64,000 bases of DNA, from NCBI GenBank assembly GCA_963749155.1, contig CAVVLO010000002.1:1312001-1376000 (forward strand), given 5' to 3'. Under the pieces are notes generated by a model, which was not told where the DNA came from, ran no database searches, and saw only the letters and a list, made by a program, of their open reading frames with translations. This DNA is from an uncultured Armatimonadia bacterium. Its GTDB lineage: Bacteria; Armatimonadota; Zipacnadia; CAVVLO01. How positions within the stretch are numbered: position 1 is the first letter of the stretch; every line of letters begins with the position of its first letter. This document shows positions 51,175-61,983 of the stretch, in pieces. The position numbers were made by a program, and so were the translations under genes.

Positions 51175-54100
51175 CCCCAGTTATTGCTGGTGCTTGTTCT
51201 GCTTCTGCTGCTTTGCACCTGGGTCTATGCCCAGTCCCCCATCGAATCTTTCACCTCTGATGAGCACACCCTGCTGCTCTACCACTTCGACGAGGCGCAG
51301 GGGCTCATCACCCGCGATGCCAGCGTTTACGGGCAGGACGCCGTGCTTCAGGGCGGCGCCGAACTACGCGCCAAGGGCAAATACGGAGGCGCTCTCTGGC
51401 TGGACGGCCAGAGCGGTTCGGCCTTCCTCGAACGGCCCGAAGCTCTCCAGCAACTCTCCCAGCTCACCGTCGAGTGCTGGTTCAGCCAGGCGTATCAGAG
51501 CGGCCGGCGGTTTCCTCCTCGGCGATGATGTCGTCTTCCACTTCGAGGTGGACGAGGGCAGCGCTATCAGCATCTCGCTCTACAACCAGGGCGGAGTCGT
51601 GAACAACTCCGAGGGCAAGCCGCATCAGCAGGTTGGCCTGCCATGCCGCTATTTCCGCCCAGGAGGCTGGCACCACGCGGCCGCCACCTACGATGGCGCG
51701 ACGGTCAGCTTCTTCCTCGATGGGATTCTGGTCGGCCGCCGGCCTGGGCCGAAGGACTTCAACCTCGGCATCCTTGCGCGCGGGCTGTGGGTTGGCTGCT
51801 ATGTGGGTATGGATTACTGGTTCAGCGGACTGATTGACGAGGCGCGCGTCTCCGATATCGTCCGCTACGACCCAGAACAACGCCTGCGCGAAGGGGAGGC
51901 CGTCTTCGAGATGCCAAATCCGCAACGTCCCGCCCGGCCGCCACTGGCCATCAGAACACCCCAGGCCACGGGGAAGGCAACCCTCGACCTGACCTTGGAG
52001 AAGCGCTATGGCGGCGCTGCCGAGGGTTTCGTGCTGCTGAAGCCGCCCGGAAGGCCGGCCGTCGCCGTAGGGCAGTTCCAGCTTGGAGAAGAAGGCCAGT
52101 CACTCTCTCTCGATGTGTCGGATGAAGTCGGCGGAGAGGGCCTGTATCAGGTCGGGCTGCTGCCCACGCGTCTGGAGGGCTACTTCTCGCTGACCTCGGC
52201 GCAGCTCTCAGCGGGTGAGAAGACGCTCTCAAGCTGGCAGGGAGAGGCCAAATCACGCCGCACTTTCGCCCCGCCGGTGCTTGTGCCGCTGCAGGTGGGA
52301 CCGGCCAACGAAGAAGCAAATCGGATCGTATTGCTGCCTGACCAGCTCGACAGGACGCAGGGCAGTTTCGAGCTTGCCGAAGATGAGAGCGGCGCGACGC
52401 TGCTCTCGGGCTCTGGGTGGGCCGAGTGGTGGTTCTCCACGCCGCGCGAGCAGGCCTATCGCGTCTATCTGCGTTATGTGACCCTGCCCCTGCGCCCCTG
52501 CGATCTGGTCCTCGATGGCGAGGATCTGCACCCTTTTAATATGGCCGCCCGCCTCACCGCTCCCAGCGCGCTTGCGCGCGACGCTTTCTGGGATTATCAA
52601 GGCACCACGCGGCTACCTGCCGGTCTGCCACTGGCTGCGTTTGCAGGACTCTCCCCCCGACATAGTCGGCATCTGGCTGGAACCTGTGGACGAGGTTCAG
52701 CCTTATGAAGAACCCTGGGAGAGCTTCTCCGCCCCGCCGGAACAGGCCCTTCCGCGCGCTGACCGACTGGCAGGCTCAGCAAGTCTTCGGCGCTGCCCAG
52801 GGCAAAGTGGAAGCGCTGACCTTTTCAGCGCATTTCGGCAACACCGACCCGGCAGAACTGCTTGCCGGCGACCGGGTGCGCTTCTCAGCTCCGGTGAAGT
52901 GGAACCTGGAACCTTTTGGCCTGGTGCGCCTGGGCCTGCAAGGGCAAGGTTCAGGGCATGTTGCAGCCCTGTGGCTGGTCGATGCGAAGGGCGATGAGAA
53001 GCTAATCTGGCGCAGCCGCGATGAGAAACCCGAGGCCCAGCAACTGGAGGTACCGCTCAGCTTCGAGGGGAACGATGTGTTCGATGGCCGGCGGATTGTG
53101 GCACTGTGTCTCGATCTGGACGAAGGCAACATGAACGCCACCGAGCCGAGTGATTTCCAGCTGAAATTGACTGGCCTCTCTTTCATCCGCCGCGACAACC
53201 TGGCTGAAGTGGAGGGCTATGCCCAGCGCCTGGAGTCGGCTCTTTCGACCGTCCAGAAGCAGGCCGACAGGCTTGCAGAGGGCACAACTCCGCTGCGTTC
53301 GCCTGGCTTCCACCCCTGGACCAAGCCCGTGGTGCCTGAGGCGCATCCCCTTTACCAAAGCACCGACCCACGGCCTGTGAAACGTGAGACCTTCGGTTAT
53401 GATCTGCATTTCACCGGGGCGCGCGACGTGAACCCCGGTGCGGTGAAGCAGTTCTTCGAAGATTACGATTTCGGAGACGTCTGCTGGCCGCATATCGGCA
53501 TCCTGCCCCAGCGCAAAAACTTTGAGACAGACGAAGCTTACCAGGCCGCGCTGGATGGGCTGGAGCAGCAGGTCACCGCCATCCGGGACAAGGGGCTTAT
53601 TCCTCTTCGACATCTGGGGTTATGTGCCCAACAACGAGGCCGGCCCGACCCCGCAAGTCGCGCCCGAGCATCACGAGATACTGACTCGCGTGATGGGCGA
53701 CCGGTTCACCGGCTACGACAATGGAGAGCAGGACGGTCGCTACATCGGCAGCTATGCCGACAGGGGCGACTTCACCGACCGCATCGGCGGCTGGCAGGAC
53801 TTCGTGCGCTGGGATGACTCAATCTGCGCGGACAATATGAACTATATGAACGCCACCGGCTCGCTTAACTATTCTCATTACTACGGCGACCGGGGCGACC
53901 GGATGCTGGGGCTCGAGACCGCCCAGGGCCTGCCCAGCGACACGCTGCTTTTCGCCTTCCTGCGCGGCGCCAGCAAGCAATATGGCCGCCTCACCTATCA
54001 GGCGACCTCTATCTGGAATCGCTATGGCTACCGGTATTACCACCAGCGCCAGACCGAAGGCGGGAATGGCTATGGCGCAGGCCCCAACAAGGGCGCTTCG

Positions 54101-55245
54101 CTCAGCCTGCACAAGCGCCTCTTCCTCGAGAGCTACACCGGCGGCGACTCGATCGTCGGCACCGAGACGTCCCAGTTTACCGCCGACACGCTGGAAAACG
54201 GCGCCCCGGAGCTCAGCCCCCTTGGCGCGCAACATATCGCGCTGAAGGAGTTCTCCGACGCCCACCCCGACCGGGGTGTGCTGTATACGCCCATCGCTTT
54301 TATGATGGACTTCTACCACGGCTGGAACCCGCCGCGCCATCTCTACCGCGGCGACAAATACAAAATCTGGGGCAAGCTGCCCTATGAGAAGGGCGATTAC
54401 CAGGCCGATGCCCTCTTCCGCCTCGTATGGCCGACTTATGAGGATTGCAGCTACTTCCGCGATGAGCGCGGCTTCCTCACGCCGACGCCCTTCGGCGACC
54501 TCTTCGACGTAGTGAACAACCGGTGCCTGCCGGAGATACTGAAGCAGTACTCTGCCGTTATGCTGCTTGGTGAAGTGGAGCTTACTCCGGATGTGGTGGC
54601 GAACCTTGCCGACTTCGTGCGCGATGGCGGAGACCTGCTGCTGGACGCGAGAGGGCCGAGTTGCTTCCTGCGGAACTGACCGGCCTTGGCTTCGGCGATG
54701 AGGCCAGCGCTACAACGACGGCCAGGCAAGGGGGAGAGGCTTTCGCAGAGCAGCCTTATACCTATACTCAGGTGACTTTGCGCGGGGCCGAGCCACTGCT
54801 GGTGAACGAGGCCGGAGACGCGGTGCTGACCGTGAATACGGCGGGCAAGGGGCGCGTGATCGTCTGCGCGGCGGACTTCTGGCTGACTGATCAACTCGCT
54901 TATGCCCGGCCCGAGCTGGTGAATATGGAGCCGCCCTATCGTCTGCTCGAGGGCGTCCGCGCGGTGCTTTCGGACTATTTCGGAAGCTTCTGCCCCGTCC
55001 AGACGGAGCCAGACGGCCTCAAGGTGCGGGTGAACTGCTTCGAGGGCGAGCCGAACCGGCTGCTCATCAGCCTCACGAACAACGAGCTGTTCTCCCCCTG
55101 GCATGGCGCCGTGCAGGTGAACCTTACGGCCCTCTCCACTGCCCGCGACCTGCTCACCGACACCGCCCTGCCTATCACCGGCTCCACTTTCGAACTGACC
55201 ATCCCCGCCGGCGACGTGGCCCTGGTCGAGGTGAGGGGGAGGTAA
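51172..55245 (+). CDS. Large secreted protein: LamG-like jellyroll plus uncharacterised glycoside hydrolase-like domain; several frameshifts
   Basis: DEHTLLLYHFDE, LTVECWF, WHHAAATYDG, FSGLIDEARVS; later GYDNGEQDGRY, AFLRGASKQYG, PTPFGDLFDV. Confidence 0.65.
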
Positions 55246-55378
55246 GGGATAGCAAGTGCTATACTAGCTTAGGTGACGAGAACGAGGATATTGGATGTGA
55301 TTCATGATGCAATTGGTAGCCATAAGTTGAGGAATGGATGGAGTGCTACATAATAAGGCCTTGTGACAGGAGATTGTT

Positions 55379-55873
55379 ATGCCGATCGTGTTTACAGATG
55401 CGGAGATTCAAGAGCTGATTGCAGAGCAGAAGCTGCTTCCGGCAGACTTCCACCAACGTCTACACTTGCGAGGAAGGTCGAACTCGCAGCATGAGGAAGT
55501 GAATCTCGAGGTCAGTTCCGCCAGCGAACGAAGGTTTCGGATCGCTGTGCGCCAGTCTGTGCAGGATCTTTTGGACTTCTCGGTGATACTGATGGTGCTG
55601 CCCGACCAGTCGGCTGACTGGTTTCGTCTGCGTCGGTATAATGGTAAGAGTCATACGCATGGGAACCCGATAGAAGGCGACAAGTTCTTTGACTTCCACA
55701 TACATGAAGCGACCGAGCGCTACCAACAGAAGGGGCAAGACGAAGAGCACTACGCGTGGCCAAGCCAAAAATATACAACGTGGCAGCAGGCTTTGAACTG
55801 TTTGCTTGAGGACTGTAACTTCAGGCTCGATCCAGGGCCACAGCCCAGCTTATTTGATGGTGATGCAGAATGA
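55379..55873 (+). CDS. DUF6978-like small protein with His-rich putative catalytic motif
   Basis: [14 protein letters not shown] start; [23 protein letters not shown]. Confidence 0.6.
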   Translation: MPIVFTDAEIQELIAEQKLLPADFHQRLHLRGRSNSQHEEVNLEVSSASERRFRIAVRQSVQDLLDFSVILMVLPDQSADWFRLRRYNGKSHTHGNPIEGDKFFDFHIHEATERYQQKGQDEEHYAWPSQKYTTWQQALNCLLEDCNFRLDPGPQPSLFDGDAE

Positions 55874-56649
55874 GCGCGATTGCATTGGAACGTGCGCTCC
55901 AAGAAAAGGTAGGGCAGCAGGTTCAACTGAGCGAGTCCGGGCTCAACCGCTATCTCGTGGGCGTGCCCTTCATACTGCCTGATGGCGACTATCTAAAGAT
56001 AGTGCTGAAACGAGAGGGTGGCGACTGGGTTTTGACCGACGAGGGTCATACTTATATGCACCTCTCATATGCGATGTCGGTATCTGACCTGGCCAGGGGT
56101 AACCGGGCTCGCATAATGAACAGCGTACTCGAAGGGCTTGGGGTTCAAGACCGCGAGGGTGAGCTAAGGCTGCCAGTGCCAAACGAGCAGTTCGGCGACG
56201 CGCTCTACACTTTCACGCAAGCCTTGTTGCAGATAAACGATATACGGTTCCTCTCCCGAGAGCGCGCGAGGTCCACCTTCTACGAGGACGTACAGAAGTT
56301 TCTATCTGATCAAGTAGCCAAGAACCGGCTGTCCTATGGTTGGCACGATCCTGAGCGAGATCCGGACGCTAAGTACGTCGTAGACTATCGAATCAATGGA
56401 ATGGCTCGCCCACTCCTGATTTACAGTCTTCAGAGCGATGACAAGACGAGGGACGCGACCATAACCTTGCTTCAGTTCGAGAAATGGGGGTTGAATTTCA
56501 GCAGTGTGGCCATATTCGAGGACCAGCAGACGATTGCCCGTGCCGTATTGGCACGCTTCAGCGATGTCTGCGAGAAGCTCTACTCGAGCCTTCGCGGCAA
56601 TGAGGAGAGGGTGAGTCGCTATCTGGCGCAGACAGGTGCAGTTGACTGA
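55870..56649 (+). CDS. DUF1828 domain protein (C-terminal DUF1829-like region)
   Basis: [50 protein letters not shown] overlap with upstream gene. Confidence 0.75.
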   Translation: MSAIALERALQEKVGQQVQLSESGLNRYLVGVPFILPDGDYLKIVLKREGGDWVLTDEGHTYMHLSYAMSVSDLARGNRARIMNSVLEGLGVQDREGELRLPVPNEQFGDALYTFTQALLQINDIRFLSRERARSTFYEDVQKFLSDQVAKNRLSYGWHDPERDPDAKYVVDYRINGMARPLLIYSLQSDDKTRDATITLLQFEKWGLNFSSVAIFEDQQTIARAVLARFSDVCEKLYSSLRGNEERVSRYLAQTGAVD

Positions 56650-56733
56650 TCCTGTCACAACACCTCGACGTGGAACTAAGCCTGCAGCCGGCCTGCCATG
56701 AGCGAAGGAGGACGCAAGTCCGAGGGAGTCGAA

Positions 56734-56808
56734 TGGTGGGCCCGGCCGGATTCGAACCAGCGACCAAACGGTTATGAGCCGTCCGCTCTACCGCTGAGCT
56801 ACGGGCCC
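56734..56808 (-). tRNA. tRNA with CAT anticodon, most likely tRNA-Ile2 (lysidine-modified)
   Basis: GGGCCCGTAGCTCAGCGGTAGAGCGGACGGCTCATAACCGTTTGGTCGCTGGTTCGAATCCGGCCGGGCCCACCA; encoded CCA; promoter TTGACT-N17-TATACT at 56851-56823. Confidence 0.95.
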
Positions 56809-56943
56809 ACTCAGCGCTCCCAAGTATAAGGTTCAGCCTCGCCTCAGTCAACTTGCTGGCCAACTTGCCTTTTCCCTTCCTGCTTTGCCCCTTTGCCTTT
56901 CTCCAGGCCGGCCTCAAAAAGGCGCTGTGAAGGCCTTTGGGGC

Positions 56944-56972
56944 TTGCTGTGCAAACAGATGTTTGCTATACT
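56944..56972 (+). promoter_or_regulatory. Sigma70 promoter with LexA/SOS-box-like palindrome in the spacer
   Basis: TTGCTG-N17-TATACT; GCAAACA-GA-TGTTTGC at 56951-56966, resembling the GAAC-N4-GTTC box. Confidence 0.7.
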
Positions 56973-56995
56973 AACCTTCACCGGGAGGGATTCCA

Positions 56996-57247
56996 ATGAG
57001 CAAGCTAATAGGCCATTCAGTGCGCGTCCGCCTCAACGAGGTCACCCAGCTCCCCTCCGCCTTCTGGTGGAAGGGCAATCAGCAGCGCGTCTCGGGCCTG
57101 CTCCATTTCTGGAAGGAGTCACCCGCCTGGTGGGAGGGCGAGGGCGAACGCCTTCATTATAACGTCGTCACCGAGCGCGGCGGCTTCTACGAGCTGGTTT
57201 TCGATGCCGCAAGCCAGGCCTGGGAGCTTGCCAGGTGTTTCGATTAG
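56996..57247 (+). CDS. DUF6504-like small protein (resembles ImuB C-terminal module)
   Basis: PSAFWWKG..WKESPAWWEGE..YNVVT..GGFYELVFD..WELARCFD. Confidence 0.75.
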   Translation: MSKLIGHSVRVRLNEVTQLPSAFWWKGNQQRVSGLLHFWKESPAWWEGEGERLHYNVVTERGGFYELVFDAASQAWELARCFD

Positions 57248-57256
57248 AGGCCCGCG

Positions 57257-60200
57257 ATGTATGCATCACTCCACACGCACAGCTATTTCTCGCTGCTGGA
57301 GGGCGCCTCGAGCCCTCACGCGCTGGTAGAGCGCGCCGCCAGCCTCGAGCTGCCCGCGATGGCGCTGACCGACCATCACGGTCTCTACGGCGCGGTGCGC
57401 TTCTACACCGCTGCGCGCAGGGCGGGGGTGAAGCCCCTGCTCGGGGTGGAACTCGACCTGGCCGAGGGCGGCCGGGTGGTGCTGCTCGCGACGCGGAGCG
57501 AGGGCTATACGGCCCTGTGCAAGCTAATAACGCGCGCCCAGATGGCCGGGGAAAAGGGCAAAGCCGTGGCCAGGCTGGAGTGGGTGCTGGAACACGCGGG
57601 CAATCTGATCGCCCTGCACTCGGGAAGCAGGCAGGCCTGCTTCCAGGGCGACTCGCGGCAGTGGCTTGCGGATTATGAAAAACGGCTGCTCGCGCTGCGG
57701 GAAGGCTTCGGCTCGGGGCAGCTTTGGGTAGAGCTCCAGAACCACCTCGGCAATCCGCTCGAGAACCGCCTCAACCATTCGCTTGCCGAGATTGCGCAGC
57801 GCACCGGGCTGGGCCTGGTCGCGAGCAACAACGTCCACTACACCGAGAAGGCGAGCTTCCGCCTGCAGGATGTGCTGGTGTGCATCGGCACGCTGACCAG
57901 CGTCCAGCAGGCCCATCCGGCCCGCAAGCCCAACGCGGAATACTATCTCAAAAGCCCCAGGCACATGGCGAAGCTGTTCGCGGACTTCCCCGGGGCGCTC
58001 GAGAACACGCTGACTCTCGCTGACCGCTGCAACGTGGAGTTCGACCTCGAGGCTTTCCACTTTCCGCATTTCCCGCTGCCGGAAGGGGAAACCTGCCGCG
58101 CGCGGCTGAGAGAGGTGGTCTACCAGGGCGCCCTCAGGCGGTATGGAGAGCTGACTGCGCCTCGGCTGGAGCGCCTCGAGCACGAGCTTGGCATCATCCA
58201 GAACTTCGGTTTCGAGGAATATTTCCTTGTCGTGCATGACCTGGTGCGTTACGCCAGGGAGCGGGCCATCCGCGTCACAGGTCGCGGCTCGGCGGCCGAC
58301 TCGATTGTCTCATACACGCTGGGCATCACCGAGGCCGACCCCCTGGAGCACAACCTGCTGTTCGAGCGCTTCATCAATCCCGAGCGGCGCGGGATGCCCG
58401 ACATAGACCTCGATTTCGATTCTGACCGGCGCGACGAGGTCATCAATTACGTCTACGAAAAATACGGCGAAGACCATGTCGCCGCGGTTTGCACGCTCAA
58501 CACCTTCCGGGCCAGGTCGGCCATCCGCGATGTCGCCAAGGCGCTGGGCTTCAACACCGATGAGCTGGACAAGCTGGCGAAGGTCTTCCCGCATATCCCC
58601 GCGCGCGACCTGAAATTGGCCTTCGAGACCGTCCCCGAGGTGCGCGACAGCGGCATAAAGCCCGAGCGGCTGGCCGAACTCTTCGATCTGTGCGAGCAAC
58701 TGGACGGCTTCCCCCGGCACCTGGGCCTGCACAACGGCGGCTTGGTCATCTCGCGCGACCCGCTGACCGAGTTGGTGCCGCTGGAGAAAGCCACCAAAGG
58801 CCTCATCGCGAGCCAGTTCGACAAGGACGACGTCGAGACGCTGGGCCTCGTGAAGATGGACCTCCTGGGCCTCAAGATGCACACCGCAATCGAGGAGGCC
58901 TTGCGCCAGATCGAGCTGAATCACGGTCTGCGGCCCGATTTGGAGCGCCTTCCGCTGGACGATGAGGCGACCTACCGCCTGCTGCGTTCGGCAAAGACGG
59001 TCGGATGTTTCCAGGTGGAAAGCCCCGGGATGCGCGGCCTGCTGTCGAGGCTCCAGCCGACCGAGTTCGAGCACCTTATCATTAATATATCGCTCTTCCG
59101 CCCGGGCCCGATGCAGGCGGATATGATCACCCCGTACCTGGCCCGGCGTCACGGGAAGGAGGCAGTCGTCTACCCCCATCCAAGCCTTGCGCCCATCCTG
59201 GAGGAGACCCTCGGCGTGCTCATCTACCAGGAGCAGGTGTTGCGCAGCGCCAGCGCGCTGGCAGGCTTCTCCCTCGGCCAGGCGGACAAATTCAGGCGCG
59301 CGATGACCCATAACCGCACGGCAGAGGAGATGCAGGCCATCAAAGCGGAGTTTATGGCCGGCTGCGAGGCGCGCGGGGTAGACGCGCAGACCGCAAAGCA
59401 GGTTTTCAAGAATCTCACCGCTTTCGCAGCCTATGGTTTCTGCAAGGCGCACGCGGCCTGTTTCGCCAAAATCGCCTACCAGACGGCCTGGCTGAAGGCG
59501 CATTACCCGGCAGAACTCTTCGCGGGCATCCTCTCCTCCGAGCCTATGGGCTATTATCCCTCGCGCGTCATACTGCAGGAGGCTCGAGGCTGGGGTATCC
59601 CGGTGCTGCCGGTGGATATCAACGAGAGCGAGGGGCGCTTTCTGGCCGGGGCCAAGGGCCTGCGGGTCGGCCTGGCCCAAGTGAAGGATATGGATAGCGC
59701 TGGCCTGAAGTCGCTACTCGAGGCGCGCCGGCAGGGGCGTTTCAGTTCGCTGGAGGACTTCTGCAGGCGGACTAAGGTCTCTCAGCAGGTGGTGGAGAAC
59801 CTGATAGATGTCGGCGCCTTCGACGCTTTTGGCCTGGGCAGGGAAGAACTGCTGCTTGGATATGCCAGGTGGCGCGGCCAGGCGAGTCGGGAGGGCTTCA
59901 GGGGCCTGTTGGTCGAGGCCAGCCCGCCTGCGCCAAGGCCCGGGAAGCGCGGCAAGGCGCCAGGGGTATTGGAGCAGCTTTCCCTCGACCACGAGCTGCT
60001 CGGGCTGTCCACTCAGCCGCATCCGCTGCAGCTCAAAAGGGTGCAACTCAGGAAGCAGGGGGCCTTGCGCAGTTCGGAACTCGTTCGCCTGAGGCCTGGC
60101 TCGCGCGTGCGCACCGCAGGCGTCGTGGTCACGAGGCTGCGCCCGGCGACCCGGAGCGGCGCCGTGGTGGTCTTCATCACGCTGGAGGACGAGGTCGGCC

Positions 60201-60451
60201 TGATTGACTGCGTGGTCTTCTATGACACTTACAGCAAGTATGGGCCGCTCCTGATGGAAAGCGCCGGCCTCCTCGTCGAGGGGAAGCTGGAGCAGCGCGG
60301 CCACTCGGGGCTGTCACTGATCGTCGACACGGTGGAGACCCTCGGGCTGGACAAGCGTACCTTCCGCACTGTGGGGGGCCTCCCGCCCACCTGGGCGCCG
60401 ACGATGCCTGGATTCAATCGCAGGCCGAAGCCGGGCGAGGGGCAGAAGTGA
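57257..60451 (+). CDS. dnaE2: Error-prone DNA polymerase III alpha subunit
   Basis: PHP HTHSYFSLLEGAS; GRGSAADS; PDIDLDF; QFDKDDVE; YGFCKAHA; EPMGYY; OB-fold FITLEDE. Confidence 0.88.
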   Translation: MYASLHTHSYFSLLEGASSPHALVERAASLELPAMALTDHHGLYGAVRFYTAARRAGVKPLLGVELDLAEGGRVVLLATRSEGYTALCKLITRAQMAGEKGKAVARLEWVLEHAGNLIALHSGSRQACFQGDSRQWLADYEKRLLALREGFGSGQLWVELQNHLGNPLENRLNHSLAEIAQRTGLGLVASNNVHYTEKASFRLQDVLVCIGTLTSVQQAHPARKPNAEYYLKSPRHMAKLFADFPGALENTLTLADRCNVEFDLEAFHFPHFPLPEGETCRARLREVVYQGALRRYGELTAPRLERLEHELGIIQNFGFEEYFLVVHDLVRYARERAIRVTGRGSAADSIVSYTLGITEADPLEHNLLFERFINPERRGMPDIDLDFDSDRRDEVINYVYEKYGEDHVAAVCTLNTFRARSAIRDVAKALGFNTDELDKLAKVFPHIPARDLKLAFETVPEVRDSGIKPERLAELFDLCEQLDGFPRHLGLHNGGLVISRDPLTELVPLEKATKGLIASQFDKDDVETLGLVKMDLLGLKMHTAIEEALRQIELNHGLRPDLERLPLDDEATYRLLRSAKTVGCFQVESPGMRGLLSRLQPTEFEHLIINISLFRPGPMQADMITPYLARRHGKEAVVYPHPSLAPILEETLGVLIYQEQVLRSASALAGFSLGQADKFRRAMTHNRTAEEMQAIKAEFMAGCEARGVDAQTAKQVFKNLTAFAAYGFCKAHAACFAKIAYQTAWLKAHYPAELFAGILSSEPMGYYPSRVILQEARGWGIPVLPVDINESEGRFLAGAKGLRVGLAQVKDMDSAGLKSLLEARRQGRFSSLEDFCRRTKVSQQVVENLIDVGAFDAFGLGREELLLGYARWRGQASREGFRGLLVEASPPAPRPGKRGKAPGVLEQLSLDHELLGLSTQPHPLQLKRVQLRKQGALRSSELVRLRPGSRVRTAGVVVTRLRPATRSGAVVVFITLEDEVGLIDCVVFYDTYSKYGPLLMESAGLLVEGKLEQRGHSGLSLIVDTVETLGLDKRTFRTVGGLPPTWAPTMPGFNRRPKPGEGQK

Positions 60452-60484
60452 TAAACTGTATTCAGCTCTCCGGGAGGCGATCTG

Positions 60485-61983
60485 ATGGACTTCGTGTGGC
60501 TTGCGGCAGGACTCGTTCTGGGATTCATCCTGGGTTGGTTCATAAAGCAGGCTGGCAGTGGTTCAACCCTCGGCAGGGCTGAGCAGATGGCAGACCAGGC
60601 CGAGGCCGCGCGAGTTGCCCTTTCGGCAGAACTCGAAGGCCGAGGCAAGCCAACTCCGAACTGACCGGCAAGGCCAGCGGCGCCGAAAGCGCCACGACCG
60701 AGCTGCGCGCTCAGGTAGAGGAACTGAGGCAGAGAGCTAGCGCGCTCCAGGCGGAGACGACGACCCTCCAGGCCGAACGCGCCCAGCTTCGCACCACCCT
60801 CGCCGAGAGCCAGCAACGATTGACTGAAGAGCGTCAGTTGCTCGAACAGGCCGAGGTGAAGCTCAAGGACGCCTTCAAAGCACTTTCGAGCGAGGCTCTC
60901 GAATCTCATCAGAAGCAATTTACAGACCTGGCTCGCGCCCAACTCGAGCAGTTCCGTGCGCTGATGAACACGGATTTCGGCAAGCACACGCAGTCGGTCG
61001 AAGGCCTTACCAAACCGCTGGATGAGACTATGAAGCGTTATGAACAGCAGATCCAGGCGATGGAGAAAGCTCGCGGCGAGGCCTATGGCAAACTGGACGA
61101 GCAGCTTCGACAGCTTGTTGAGAGTGAGTCTCGCCTGCAGCAAGAGACCGGCCGACTGGTCACCGCGCTGCGTCGGCCTCAGGCCCGAGGCGCCTGGGGC
61201 GAGCTGACCTTGCGTCGAGTTGTCGAACTCGCGGGGATGCTCGAACACTGCGATTTTTCCGAGCAGACGACAGTCCGCGACGATGCGGGCGCAATGCTCA
61301 GGCCCGATATGATAATCCACGTGCCAGGCGGACGGGTCATCCCGGTGGATGCCAAAACACCGATAGACGCTTATCTGACCTCCCTCGAAGCGCAGGACGA
61401 TGAGTCACGCGAGGCGGCGCTGACCCACCATGCGAAGCAACTGCGCACCCAGATGGAACTGCTTTCCAAAAAGAACTACTGGCAACAGTTCGAAGGCGCG
61501 GCGGAGCTGGTCGTGATGTTTGTACCGGGCGAAGCTTTCGTCTCGGCGGCCGTGCAGAAGGACCCCAAGCTGATTGAAGACGGTATCCAGAACGGCGTCG
61601 TGGTAGCCTCTCCGACCACTCTGGTGACTTTGCTTCGCGCTGCCAGTTATGGCTGGCGGCAAGAAAAGTTGGCCGAGAATGCCCGTCAGGTCAGCGAACT
61701 GGGCAAGGAGCTGTACAGGCGGCTGAGTACCTTCCTCAGCCACTTTGACGGGGTCGGCAAGGGACTGCGCACTGCAGTGGATAAATACGACAATGCGGTG
61801 GGCTCACTAGAGAGAAACGTTTTGGTGCAGGCAAGGCGCTTCAAGGACCTGGGCGCGGTGGACGGTAAAGACCTGGACGAGCCCGTGCAACTAGGCCATA
61901 TGCCCCGCGAGCTGGCAGCACCCGAGTTGGACCAGGCGCTGCCTCTGCCGGAAGCCGAGGACCCTACTCAGTCCGAGACTTGA
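60485..61983 (+). CDS. rmuC: DNA recombination protein RmuC; frameshift(s) near 60650
   Basis: N-terminal TM plus coiled coil; RGAWGELTL, RPDMII, VDAKTP, VMFVPGE, SPTTL. Confidence 0.92.

Noticed and set aside
55246..56808. Prophage or ICE integrated at the tRNA
   Set aside because: No integrase, no phage genes, and I found no duplicate of the tRNA 3' end by eye.
56734..56808. Initiator or elongator tRNA-Met
   Set aside because: It has a paired G1-C72 and lacks the three G-C anticodon-stem pairs of fMet; the GGGCCC acceptor stem fits Ile2 better, although elongator Met is not fully excluded.
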